Source: a bacterium
Lineage (GTDB): Bacteria > Armatimonadota > Abditibacteriia > Abditibacteriales > Abditibacteriaceae
Direction: 5' to 3'
Assembly (NCBI GenBank): GCA_004172935.1
Contig: SDZD01000022.1
Coordinates: forward strand, 6,195 to 70,194
Length of the DNA: 64,000 bases
Both the position numbers and the translations under genes were made by a program. The first letter of the stretch is position 1. Each line of letters opens with the position of its first letter. Under the pieces are notes generated by a model. The model had not been told where the DNA came from. It saw nothing but the letters and a program-made list of their open reading frames with translations, and searched no databases. Shown here piece after piece: positions 27,540-35,946 of the stretch.

Positions 27540-28463
27540 TTAGCCGCAAGCGCTGGTATCGACGTTATAAGTCGTGCCAGATGCGCTGTAGGAGCCGGGA
27601 ACGAACCATGCGCACATGTCGCCCACGAGGCGCTCGTACTTCATGGATTTGACGTGACCATCGGCGAACAGCGTGTTAATAAAGCCCATGTGGCGCTGTG
27701 CGCCGGCCTTCTCGTTCTCAATCGGAACACCCTGGTTCCAGCTCCATTTGTTGTTGCCGACGTTCGCATAGTACCACTCGTACTGGGTTCCGCCCGCGTT
27801 GCCGAAGCCGGTGAGGGCCGAAGAGGCTGTGCTGCCGTTGACCGCAACCTTGGTGAAGTCGCCGTAGCCGCCGTGGTTGGCGTAGTCGGGCATACCGCCA
27901 TAGTAAGTGCCATCGGTGATGGCGACGGTTTTCGCGGTGTCTTGCAACTGAGCCAATTTAAGTGGCAACAGGTTGACGCCACCACCAAAGGCTTCGGCGG
28001 GCGAGAGGAAGTCGTTGTGGGCGTAGGAGTTCTGCGCGCCATAGCCGCGACCTTTGGCCCCGGGGGCGTTGGCTTCAGCGCCATCGGGGTTCACAATCGT
28101 CCAGGAGTTGGGGTTGGACGGGCAAGCGAACAACTGCCACGATTTGGCGTAAGGCTGCAACAAGTTGGGCCAGAAGTTGCGAATCAACGAGTCCTGCGTC
28201 AGCGGGGGGTTAGCGACGGCGATAAGAGGGTTAGCCTCTTTGGTGCGATGCGGGTACAGCGTCTCGTCGTAGTCCTGGCAGTATTGCATCGAGGCCAAAC
28301 CGATTTGTTTCAGGTTGCTCATGCAAGAGGCTTTGCGGGCATTCTCGCGGGCACGAGCGAAAACCGGGAACAGGATGGCTGCCAAGATGGCGATGATAGC
28401 AATAACTACTAAGAGTTCTATCAGAGTAAAAGCTTGCAGCTTTTTGGAAGAAATGGATTTCAT
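27540..28463 (-). CDS. Prepilin-type DUF1559-like protein with H-X9-DG motif
   Basis: [37 protein letters not shown]; [15 protein letters not shown]. Confidence 0.93.
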   Translation of the reverse strand: MKSISSKKLQAFTLIELLVVIAIIAILAAILFPVFARARENARKASCMSNLKQIGLASMQYCQDYDETLYPHRTKEANPLIAVANPPLTQDSLIRNFWPNLLQPYAKSWQLFACPSNPNSWTIVNPDGAEANAPGAKGRGYGAQNSYAHNDFLSPAEAFGGGVNLLPLKLAQLQDTAKTVAITDGTYYGGMPDYANHGGYGDFTKVAVNGSTASSALTGFGNAGGTQYEWYYANVGNNKWSWNQGVPIENEKAGAQRHMGFINTLFADGHVKSMKYERLVGDMCAWFVPGSYSASGTTYNVDTSACG

Positions 28464-28585
28464 GGGAACGACAGGGAATGTCCGAGGAGATTTTCAGCGT
28501 CCTGTTTTAAGAACTTGTGAGATACAGGTGGGAACAGTCTCAGAGCAAAAGCCCGCGCGCTTTGATAAATACGCGCCAGAAAATA

Positions 28586-28622
28586 CGAAAAGAGCGGGAT
28601 GATTTCTCATCCCGCTCTTTCG
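28586..28622 (-). terminator. Intrinsic terminator
   Basis: Stem aagagcgggatga/tcatcccgctctt. Confidence 0.82.
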
Positions 28623-28654
28623 TGAATCGGTCGTATGCGTTTAGAAAATCGAGC

Positions 28655-29614
28655 TTACTGAACCTGAATCGTGGTGCCTGCCGCGTAAACGGGAGCGCCG
28701 GTTGGGTAGTGGCGGGTGCCCCACAAGAAGCCGGGCGAACGCAAGGTCTGCTCAAGGCGATACCATTTGGCGTGGCCATCGGCGAAGGCATAGTTGCCGC
28801 CGTCCAAGTGACGGTCGCTGGCTTTGGCCATATAAGCGATGTGGTGCTGACCTGCAGCGCCGCCTGTCTGGCAAGCAGTCTGAGCACTGATAGCTTCGGC
28901 TGGGCTAAGGGCTTCGAAGGCAGCGGCAGTTGCGGTTGCTGCGGCTTCGCCGTCATACACGCCGCCACCAACGTTTTTGATACCGTTGGTTGGACGGTGG
29001 CTCTTGAAAGCGACGCCCGAAGCGGTCGAAGCATCGTTGATGCACGAAGCGAGCGATGTCAACTCGGTGATCATGATGGTGGTGGATGCATTGTCAACGG
29101 CAGCCAGAGCAACAACGTTCAATGGGTCGGCGGTCATGCGCTTGCGGGGCATGATGAGTTCGTTGGCGGTGTAGGACAAACGGTGAACCTGGTTGTCGCG
29201 AATAGCGGCCTGAGGTGTCTGGCCGGCGGGGACGCCCTGACCGTCGTTGTTGTTGATGAAGTTGGTTGGAGCCAAGCCGCCGCCAGCATCGGAGGGGCAC
29301 ACGAACATCTGTTCGCTCTTGGTGTAAGGCTGGATCATGCCCGACCAGTGCGAGTAACCGCCGCTGCTACCAGCGTTGTTCGGGTAGTTGTAGGCCATTG
29401 GGTACTTCTCGTCATAGTCCTGAACGTACTGCATAACGCCGAGCGACATCTGCTTGATGTTCGACAAACATGAAGTCTTGCGGGCATTTTCACGAGCACG
29501 AGCAAAAACGGGGAACAAGATGGCGGCCAGGATGGCGATGATAGCAATAACTACCAATAGCTCGATAAGGGTAAAAGCTGAGCGTTGTTTGAAAGAAGTG
29601 ACAGGGATATTCAT
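28655..29614 (-). CDS. Prepilin-type DUF1559-like protein with H-X9-DG motif
   Basis: [37 protein letters not shown]; [15 protein letters not shown]; AGGA RBS. Confidence 0.93.
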   Translation of the reverse strand: MNIPVTSFKQRSAFTLIELLVVIAIIAILAAILFPVFARARENARKTSCLSNIKQMSLGVMQYVQDYDEKYPMAYNYPNNAGSSGGYSHWSGMIQPYTKSEQMFVCPSDAGGGLAPTNFINNNDGQGVPAGQTPQAAIRDNQVHRLSYTANELIMPRKRMTADPLNVVALAAVDNASTTIMITELTSLASCINDASTASGVAFKSHRPTNGIKNVGGGVYDGEAAATATAAAFEALSPAEAISAQTACQTGGAAGQHHIAYMAKASDRHLDGGNYAFADGHAKWYRLEQTLRSPGFLWGTRHYPTGAPVYAAGTTIQVQ

Positions 29615-29699
29615 TTCTGGATTAATTCCTATGTGGGATAATTCCCAGATATTTTCCCCGTGTTACTTTAAGAATTCTTGAGGGAAATGTTAAATGTAG

Positions 29700-29727
29700 A
29701 ACGAGCGCCCTCGCAAGGACGCTCGTT
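29700..29727 (-). terminator. Intrinsic terminator
   Basis: Minus strand aacgagcgtcc-ttgcga-gggcgctcgtt. Confidence 0.7.
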
Positions 29728-29816
29728 TGCTAGTAGTGCCGGGTTTTGGATGCGCGTCTCATACGAAAATGAGACGAGGGAAAAACCCCCGTATGGCGAT
29801 TTATAGCGCCCGCAAT

Positions 29817-31010
29817 TTAAAAGCGAATTAAATACGAACGGTTTCCTGAGAATGTAACAAGGACGGTGTTGCCGTCTTGTAGCGAGGCGCGCCCGCCTAC
29901 AGCAGTGGCAACGGCTCCGGCTGGCGCATACAGCTTTCCATTGATGCGGCGAGCGCGGCCCGAAAGTGTGGCACTGCGCCCATTGATGGTGGCTTGATCG
30001 GAGTTGGGGGTGAAAATGCCGCTGGTCTGGCCGCTGTTATCGGTGCGAACCGCGACACCACCATCGCGTTCACTCCACTGAACGCGGGCCAATTTCGCCA
30101 TATCGATGACAGGCACCAGCACAACACGGCCACCGTTCTCTGTGACTACGCGCGCTTGAATCGAGGTGTTATTTGCCTCGGCAACAGGAGAGTAACCCGC
30201 TCCGTATGAGGGAGCATTGCCCGAACTGTAGCCGGACAAATTGGTGATGAGGCCACCATTGGCGCGGGCAACTGCCACCAGACCTTCATCGTTGATTTCG
30301 GTTTCGACCTTTTGCTGGCGAGCCTTCGAGGTCGGGTGGTCGCTCAGATATTTGGACAGGCCATCGGGGCCATCGCCCAGTCGTCCCAGCATCGAAACCG
30401 CAGCGCGAGGGTCGAATCCCAGGCGTGCCATCGCGCGCGTGCCATAGTTGTCGGCTTCCGATTCCTGGGTGCGCGAGTAGCCCTTTTGCCATAGCCCCGC
30501 GCCCACATTGACTAAGCCCCCGATGAGGCTACCGCCACGACTGCCGCCCAAAATGGTGCCGAGAATGGCAGCGCCGATGCCGACCGTTTGCGATTTCTGG
30601 GCGCTTTTGACGATGTGGCGCTCCTCGATGTGTCCGGTTTCGTGACCGAGTACATAAGCCAGTTCGGCATCGCTTTGCGCGGTTTCGAGTAGTTTGGTGG
30701 TGACGAAAATTGGCCCACCCGGTCCGGCGAAGGCGTTGAGGACTTTATCGTTTTGCAGCACCGTATAGGAGTAAGGAATGTTGGTGCGCTTGGATTGACG
30801 CGCGAACATGGCGCCGATGCGCGACACCTTCTGTTGGCGCGGGTCGCTGGGCGAGAGGGGCTGACCGTATTGCTTGATAGCCTGTTGCGCCATTTGGCGT
30901 CCGGCCTGGATTTCCTCTTCGTCCGAGATTGCGTGTGCCGGGCGAATAGTCGCTGTCGTGGCGAGGGCGCAGACCCCCATGCCTAATGCAAAAAGTCGAA
31001 GTGTTTTCAT
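29817..31010 (-). CDS. M48 family metalloprotease with C-terminal stalk-like domain
   Basis: NAFAGPGG, LGHETGH, YSRTQESEAD, YLSDHP. Confidence 0.92.
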   Translation of the reverse strand: MKTLRLFALGMGVCALATTATIRPAHAISDEEEIQAGRQMAQQAIKQYGQPLSPSDPRQQKVSRIGAMFARQSKRTNIPYSYTVLQNDKVLNAFAGPGGPIFVTTKLLETAQSDAELAYVLGHETGHIEERHIVKSAQKSQTVGIGAAILGTILGGSRGGSLIGGLVNVGAGLWQKGYSRTQESEADNYGTRAMARLGFDPRAAVSMLGRLGDGPDGLSKYLSDHPTSKARQQKVETEINDEGLVAVARANGGLITNLSGYSSGNAPSYGAGYSPVAEANNTSIQARVVTENGGRVVLVPVIDMAKLARVQWSERDGGVAVRTDNSGQTSGIFTPNSDQATINGRSATLSGRARRINGKLYAPAGAVATAVGGRASLQDGNTVLVTFSGNRSYLIRF

Positions 31011-31187
31011 GATTCAGTTTGGTCTTTGTTATGACGCGAATTAGGTGCCAGAGTTCAATTCGAGCCTTTCAAGGCGTTTGATTTGCCCATATGCTACCTG
31101 CGAGGTGGAATTTGAGGTTGAAGTGTGGCGCTCAGCGGTTTAAAATGCCCTTTTGTTGCGTTTCAACTCAGAAACGCCCTGAAGATC

Positions 31188-32042
31188 ATGTCAACCATTG
31201 AAAACAAAGGCTACGCTCATCCCGACGCGCTCGTGGATGTCGAGTGGGTAGAAGAACACCGTAAAGACGGCAGCATTAAATTAGTCGAAGTGGACGTGGA
31301 TACCAACGCCTACTCCGAAGGTCATATCCCCGGCGCTGTGTCATGGAACTGGACGAGCCAACTGTCCGATAATGTGCGTCGCGACATCCTCTCCAAAGAG
31401 GCGCTCGAAGAACTGCTCGGCAAATCGGGCATCACCAGCGATGACACCATCGTTCTATACGGCGATAACAACAACTGGTTCGCCGCCTTCGCTTTGTGGA
31501 TTTTGAAAATCTACGGCCACGAGAAAGTCGTCCTCATGGACGGAGGCCGCAAAAAGTGGGTCGCCGATGCTCGTGAACTCACCACAGCCGAAGAGAACCC
31601 AACAGCCACCACCTACACCGCGAAGGACGCCGACACCAGCCTGCGCTCCAACGTGCGCGAAATCCTCGACATCGTGGACAGCGGCAACTATGAATTGGTC
31701 GACGTTCGCTCCCCAGCCGAATTTTCGGGCGAAGTCATCGCTCCTCCAGGCATGACCGAAACCGCTCAGCGTGCGGGCCACGTTCCCGGCGCCAAGTCCA
31801 TTCCCTGGGCACTCACCGTCGAAGAAGATGGCACCTTCAAGTCCGCTGACAAACTGCGCGAATTGTATTCGAGCCGTGGCATCTCCTTCGAGAAACCCAT
31901 CGTGGCTTACTGCCGCATCGGCGAGCGTTCCAGCCACACATGGTTCGTTCTGACCTACTTGCTCGGTCAGCAGGGCGCCAAGAACTACGACGGTTCGTGG
32001 ACCGAATACGGTTCGATGGTCGGCGTGCCCATCGAGAAATAG
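31188..32042 (+). CDS. Two-domain rhodanese sulfurtransferase
   Basis: GHIPGA, GHVPGA, active-site YCRIGERS, NYDGSWTEY. Confidence 0.96.
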   Translation: MSTIENKGYAHPDALVDVEWVEEHRKDGSIKLVEVDVDTNAYSEGHIPGAVSWNWTSQLSDNVRRDILSKEALEELLGKSGITSDDTIVLYGDNNNWFAAFALWILKIYGHEKVVLMDGGRKKWVADARELTTAEENPTATTYTAKDADTSLRSNVREILDIVDSGNYELVDVRSPAEFSGEVIAPPGMTETAQRAGHVPGAKSIPWALTVEEDGTFKSADKLRELYSSRGISFEKPIVAYCRIGERSSHTWFVLTYLLGQQGAKNYDGSWTEYGSMVGVPIEK

Positions 32043-32053
32043 TCTTGAGTTAA

Positions 32054-32097
32054 GAGTACGAGCGATGAGTTTTCTCTGAACTCATCGCTCGTGACTC
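32054..32097. repeat. Palindromic element downstream of sulfurtransferase
   Basis: 14-bp stem acgagcgatgagtt/aactcatcgctcgt, no strong U tract. Confidence 0.65.
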
Positions 32098-32104
32098 AAA
32101 CTCA

Positions 32105-32482
32105 ATGCTTGAAATGTCAACTGCATCCCGGTTTTTGCAAAAAGTCGTCGCGCAACCCGACTTAGCTTTGGTTGTGTTCGATGTCGCGGTACTTAGCCCA
32201 TACATCGCGCGCGGCGAAGTGAAGCGCACCGACACGGTTGGGCGCGTCAAAACAGCGACATGGTCGCTTGATTTTGGCATTGCTCCCGACGAAAAAACGA
32301 TTCATGTGCCCTTGAGCGCCTTCGTTCAGAAGGTGCCCGAAAAAGAGCGCACCCCCTGGTTGGAAGCCACCGACGCCTCCCGCTTCTCGGATAACTTCCT
32401 CAAAATGCTGAGTTCCCACTCCTGCATCGACGATGGAACATTCCGCGCCTGGGGCGAAGAACCCGCCGATTCGTTCTTTTAG
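32105..32482 (+). CDS. Conserved-looking hypothetical protein
   Basis: 125 aa; RTDTVGRV, WSLDFGI and CIDDG motifs look family-like but unnamed. Confidence 0.75.
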   Translation: MLEMSTASRFLQKVVAQPDLALVVFDVAVLSPYIARGEVKRTDTVGRVKTATWSLDFGIAPDEKTIHVPLSAFVQKVPEKERTPWLEATDASRFSDNFLKMLSSHSCIDDGTFRAWGEEPADSFF

Positions 32483-32596
32483 AAGCTCTTAGCTATTAGC
32501 CGTTGGCTTTTAGCTGCTCATGGAACTAAAAGCGCCTAACTGGGTATATAAGTTCGGTAAGCAGCTAAAAGCTAACAGCCAATGGCTAAAAGCTTC
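32482..32596. repeat. Inverted pair of heptamer tandem repeats
   Basis: tcttagc tattagc cgttggc ttttagc / taaaagc taacagc caatggc taaaagc; 37-bp arms with 5 mismatches. Confidence 0.8.
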
Positions 32597-32619
32597 ACTA
32601 GCGGGCGTCTCCCAATTTT

Positions 32620-33672
32620 ATGCCCCAATTTCGCACCATCATGGAACGAGCCATCGAAGGCGGCGCCTTTCCCGGCGCGGCCATCTATCTGGGGCGAGGT
32701 CGTGATGTTGTGTGGTCGAGCGCTGTGGGGAGGCTCGGTTACGAACCCGCTTTCCATGAATCGGTTTCGCCAGCTACGCTGTATGACATCGCTTCGCTGT
32801 CGAAGATTTATACCCTCGCAACGGCTCTGTGCGCTTTCTCCGAAGCCAATCTTGCCCCCGAAACGACACCACTGCGCGCCTTTTTGCCCGGCTTCGACAC
32901 GCGCATCACCTTCGAACACCTCTTCAACCATTCGAGCGGCATTTCGCGCCACCTGCAAACCCTCGAAACAGTTCCGGCTTCGGAGTGGGTCGAGACTCTA
33001 GCGAAAGAAACCCTGCAAACCGAACCGGGGCGTGTCGTGCTGTACAACTGCTCGAATTACTTCTTGCTCGCTCGCGCCCTCGAAAAGCTGACCAGCCAAA
33101 CACTCGATGAACTCATCGCGCGCTACCTATTGCGCCCGCTGCGATTAGAGAACACAACTTTCGCCCCCTGCGACCTAACCTTCGTGGCTCCAACGGAATC
33201 GAAGCGTGGCGACAAGGGCTACTGGCATGGCGTCCCACACGACGAAGCCGCGCGCGTATGGCGCGAACAAACAGGAACCAGTGCAGGTAATGCGGGCCTC
33301 TTCGCCACTGCTTACGATGTCGCGCGTTTCGCCTCGATCTGGCTTCTCGACGGCCAAAATTCGCCGCTCCCTTCGGTGTGGCGCGCCCGCTCCATGATGC
33401 ATTTGCTAACCGATGGCAACGCCACGCGCGGTTGGGGTTGGCAACGCGATGCCGCCTACTACATGGGTACTTTGCCCACCCGCGAAAGCGGTCGGCGCTC
33501 GTTTCTCATCGGGCATCTCGGCTTCACAGGCACCTCTCTGGTTCTCAATCCACGTGCTGGCGAGGTGGCAGTTGTGCTGTCCAATCGTGTTCATCCTTCG
33601 CGTCTGGGGCCAGACCGCTTGCCCTTTGTGCGTGCCCTTCACGACGAGTTCTGGCGCTCTTCTCCCATATAA
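32620..33672 (+). CDS. Serine hydrolase, beta-lactamase class C/AmiE-like fold
   Basis: ASLSK (SxxK), YNCSN, GNAGLF, HLGFTGT, LSNRVH. Confidence 0.88.
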   Translation: MPQFRTIMERAIEGGAFPGAAIYLGRGRDVVWSSAVGRLGYEPAFHESVSPATLYDIASLSKIYTLATALCAFSEANLAPETTPLRAFLPGFDTRITFEHLFNHSSGISRHLQTLETVPASEWVETLAKETLQTEPGRVVLYNCSNYFLLARALEKLTSQTLDELIARYLLRPLRLENTTFAPCDLTFVAPTESKRGDKGYWHGVPHDEAARVWREQTGTSAGNAGLFATAYDVARFASIWLLDGQNSPLPSVWRARSMMHLLTDGNATRGWGWQRDAAYYMGTLPTRESGRRSFLIGHLGFTGTSLVLNPRAGEVAVVLSNRVHPSRLGPDRLPFVRALHDEFWRSSPI

Positions 33673-33719
33673 GCGGAAAGGGGCGCCGCGTAGTGGGCGT
33701 AGCCAGACAAACTGAGTGC

Positions 33720-35273
33720 GTGCTTTCCCGCGTTTTTCCTACGCTCGCTTTAGGTTTGTTCGTTTTGCCCGCCTCGGCTCAATCGGCGGCTCCCATCAAA
33801 TTGCCCGCCTCGGCTCAGGCTAAAATCGAAGCCATTTTGCGCGACCCCAACTTGCAAAGCGGCCATGTCGGCGTCGCGGTTGTTGCACTGGGCCGCTCCA
33901 CCAACATCTCCTCCATTCGGGTGCAGCCCTTCGCGCAGGGTGCCCAACCGCTGCTTTTTTCCAGCGATGGCGATAAGCGATTCATCCCCGCCTCCAACTT
34001 TAAGCTGTTCACGGCAGCATGGGCGCTCGAATCGCTGGGCGCGTCCTACACCTTCCAAACGCGCGCGACAATGGCGCCCGTCGAGTTCGGTAGCAGCGTG
34101 GTATTGCCCACTGGCATGGCGGCTCCCGTCGCGCTCACCCTTGATGGCGATGGCGACCCCTCGCTGACGGGCGATAATTTGAAAGCACTCGCCGACCGTG
34201 TCGCCGCCTCTCCCCTGGTGAAGGATAAGAGCATCATCGTTCGAGTCGCGCCTTCACGCTTTGGAGCCGAAGAAAACGGGCGCCGCTATCCCGATGGCTG
34301 GACTATCGACGACACCATCTGGTACTATGGTGCCCCAGTCACTGGCTGGGCACTCGACCGCAACCAGATCGACGTTACCATCACCGGAACTAAGCCCGGA
34401 ATGCCCACCGAGATGAAAGTTGTCGGTGAGATGCCGTTCTCCATATTCAATGGCGCGCTGACCGCCACCGATGCTGCCTCGGCAACTGGCCTGCACTTCG
34501 ACCGGGGCGACCGTAATTCGCCATTGGGAGCGGCCCTTGCCATTGGTGGCACCCTTGCTCCCGGCGCGACCGATACAGAGGGCGTCGCCGTTCCTGACCC
34601 GAACGAGTGGCTTCGCGTGCGCTTCATCACCCTGTTGCAGCAACGAGGCATTCAGGTCGTCAATCCGAACGTCGCTTTCGCGATGGGGCAGGGCCAACTG
34701 GTTGCCAGCCACACCTCGGCACCGCTTGGAACCATTCTTCAGCGTTTCCTGAAGTCGAGCGATAATCTTTACGGCGAGATGTTGCTGCGCGCGGCCTCGA
34801 CTCGCGACCCGAAAAAGAAATGGCCGCAAGTCGCCTCGACGGGCATTGCTGCGCGAAGCCACGGCGCCATGCTCGATTGGCTTAGCGAGAAAAAAGTGCC
34901 CGTTGGTGCATTGAAAATGTCCGATGGTAGCGGCCTGTCGCGCTACGACATCGTGACTCCCGTTGCTGTTACACGCCTGCTCGCCCTCGAAGCCGGACAA
35001 AAAGATGGCCCCGCCTTCTACACCGCGCTCCCCATCGCGGGCATCGATGGCACCCTGAAAAACCGCATGAAGAACACGCCCGCACAGGCTAACGCCCGTG
35101 CCAAAACCGGCACCTTCTCCATCGTTAACTGTCTGTCTGGCTACGTTACTACGCGCGATAACGTGCGCCTCGCTGTGTCGGTTCTCACCAATTTTGCCCC
35201 CGACGGCGACGCCGCCCGTGAACGTCAGGGCCAAATTTTCGCCGCTCTCGCCGACACCAAATGGACGAAGTGA
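33720..35273 (+). CDS. dacB: D-Ala-D-Ala carboxypeptidase/endopeptidase (PBP4, peptidase S13)
   Basis: PASNFK, KSSDN, DGSGLSR, AKTGT; start reassigned to GTG giving signal peptide (M)LSRVFPTLALGLFVLPASA. Confidence 0.92.
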   Translation: MLSRVFPTLALGLFVLPASAQSAAPIKLPASAQAKIEAILRDPNLQSGHVGVAVVALGRSTNISSIRVQPFAQGAQPLLFSSDGDKRFIPASNFKLFTAAWALESLGASYTFQTRATMAPVEFGSSVVLPTGMAAPVALTLDGDGDPSLTGDNLKALADRVAASPLVKDKSIIVRVAPSRFGAEENGRRYPDGWTIDDTIWYYGAPVTGWALDRNQIDVTITGTKPGMPTEMKVVGEMPFSIFNGALTATDAASATGLHFDRGDRNSPLGAALAIGGTLAPGATDTEGVAVPDPNEWLRVRFITLLQQRGIQVVNPNVAFAMGQGQLVASHTSAPLGTILQRFLKSSDNLYGEMLLRAASTRDPKKKWPQVASTGIAARSHGAMLDWLSEKKVPVGALKMSDGSGLSRYDIVTPVAVTRLLALEAGQKDGPAFYTALPIAGIDGTLKNRMKNTPAQANARAKTGTFSIVNCLSGYVTTRDNVRLAVSVLTNFAPDGDAARERQGQIFAALADTKWTK

Positions 35274-35356
35274 GTCAAGGCGAATTAACAGTGAGGCGCG
35301 TGCTGAGGTCATTCTCTGTTCGCGTCTCCTCCGAACATCTCACACTCTAATCTTTC

Positions 35357-35875
35357 ATGCGATTTCTTCTGGGAGCGGCGGGTTTGGCTTTAGTGCTCGA
35401 TATAGCGAGCAAGGTGTGGGTGCGCGCCAACTTACCAACGGTGGGGGACCGAGCAGAACTGATTCCGGGCTGGATTCACCTTCAGCATGTGCAGAATCAT
35501 GGCGCGGCGTGGAGTGTTCTTGCTGGTCACACCACCTTCCTCATCATATTCACGCTACTCGTCATCGCGGCGTTGGCGTTTTCGGCCCGCGAAATCGCGC
35601 GGCAGGGGCCGCTATCGGCGGCGGCGTTTGGCCTCATCTTAGGCGGTGCGCTTGGCAACTTCATCGACCGAGCCATGCAGGGCTACGTCACCGATTACTT
35701 TGATCTCGATACTCCCGTCGTATGGTTGCAAACCTTTCCGGTCTTCAACGTTGCTGACAGCGCCCTCACCGTGGGCGTTGTGCTCATCATCGTAGCCGCC
35801 CTGCTTAAGCAGTTCCGCCCTCTGCCCAATGATACATCGCCCCCAAAAACCGATGCCGATGTTTTAGCCCGCTAA
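35357..35875 (+). CDS. lspA: Lipoprotein signal peptidase II
   Basis: LDIASK, NHGAAW, GGALGNFIDR, VTDYF, FNVAD. Confidence 0.96.
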   Translation: MRFLLGAAGLALVLDIASKVWVRANLPTVGDRAELIPGWIHLQHVQNHGAAWSVLAGHTTFLIIFTLLVIAALAFSAREIARQGPLSAAAFGLILGGALGNFIDRAMQGYVTDYFDLDTPVVWLQTFPVFNVADSALTVGVVLIIVAALLKQFRPLPNDTSPPKTDADVLAR

Positions 35876-35888
35876 GACCGAACCGCAC

Positions 35889-35930
35889 AACGCAAAAGGA
35901 GCGCGCCAATTGGCGCGCTCCTTTTGCGTT
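35889..35930. terminator. Bidirectional intrinsic terminator
   Basis: 20-bp perfect inverted repeat aacgcaaaaggagcgcgcca/tggcgcgctccttttgcgtt. Confidence 0.9.
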
Positions 35931-35946
35931 AATTCTTATAGGCCCT

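Noticed and set aside
4828-35273. Extended N-termini from the ORF track (6501, 19083, 21941, 27493, 31125, 33378; also 54441)
   Set aside because: They overlap neighbouring genes or terminators; downstream starts give signal peptides, coupling or promoter-proximal hexamers
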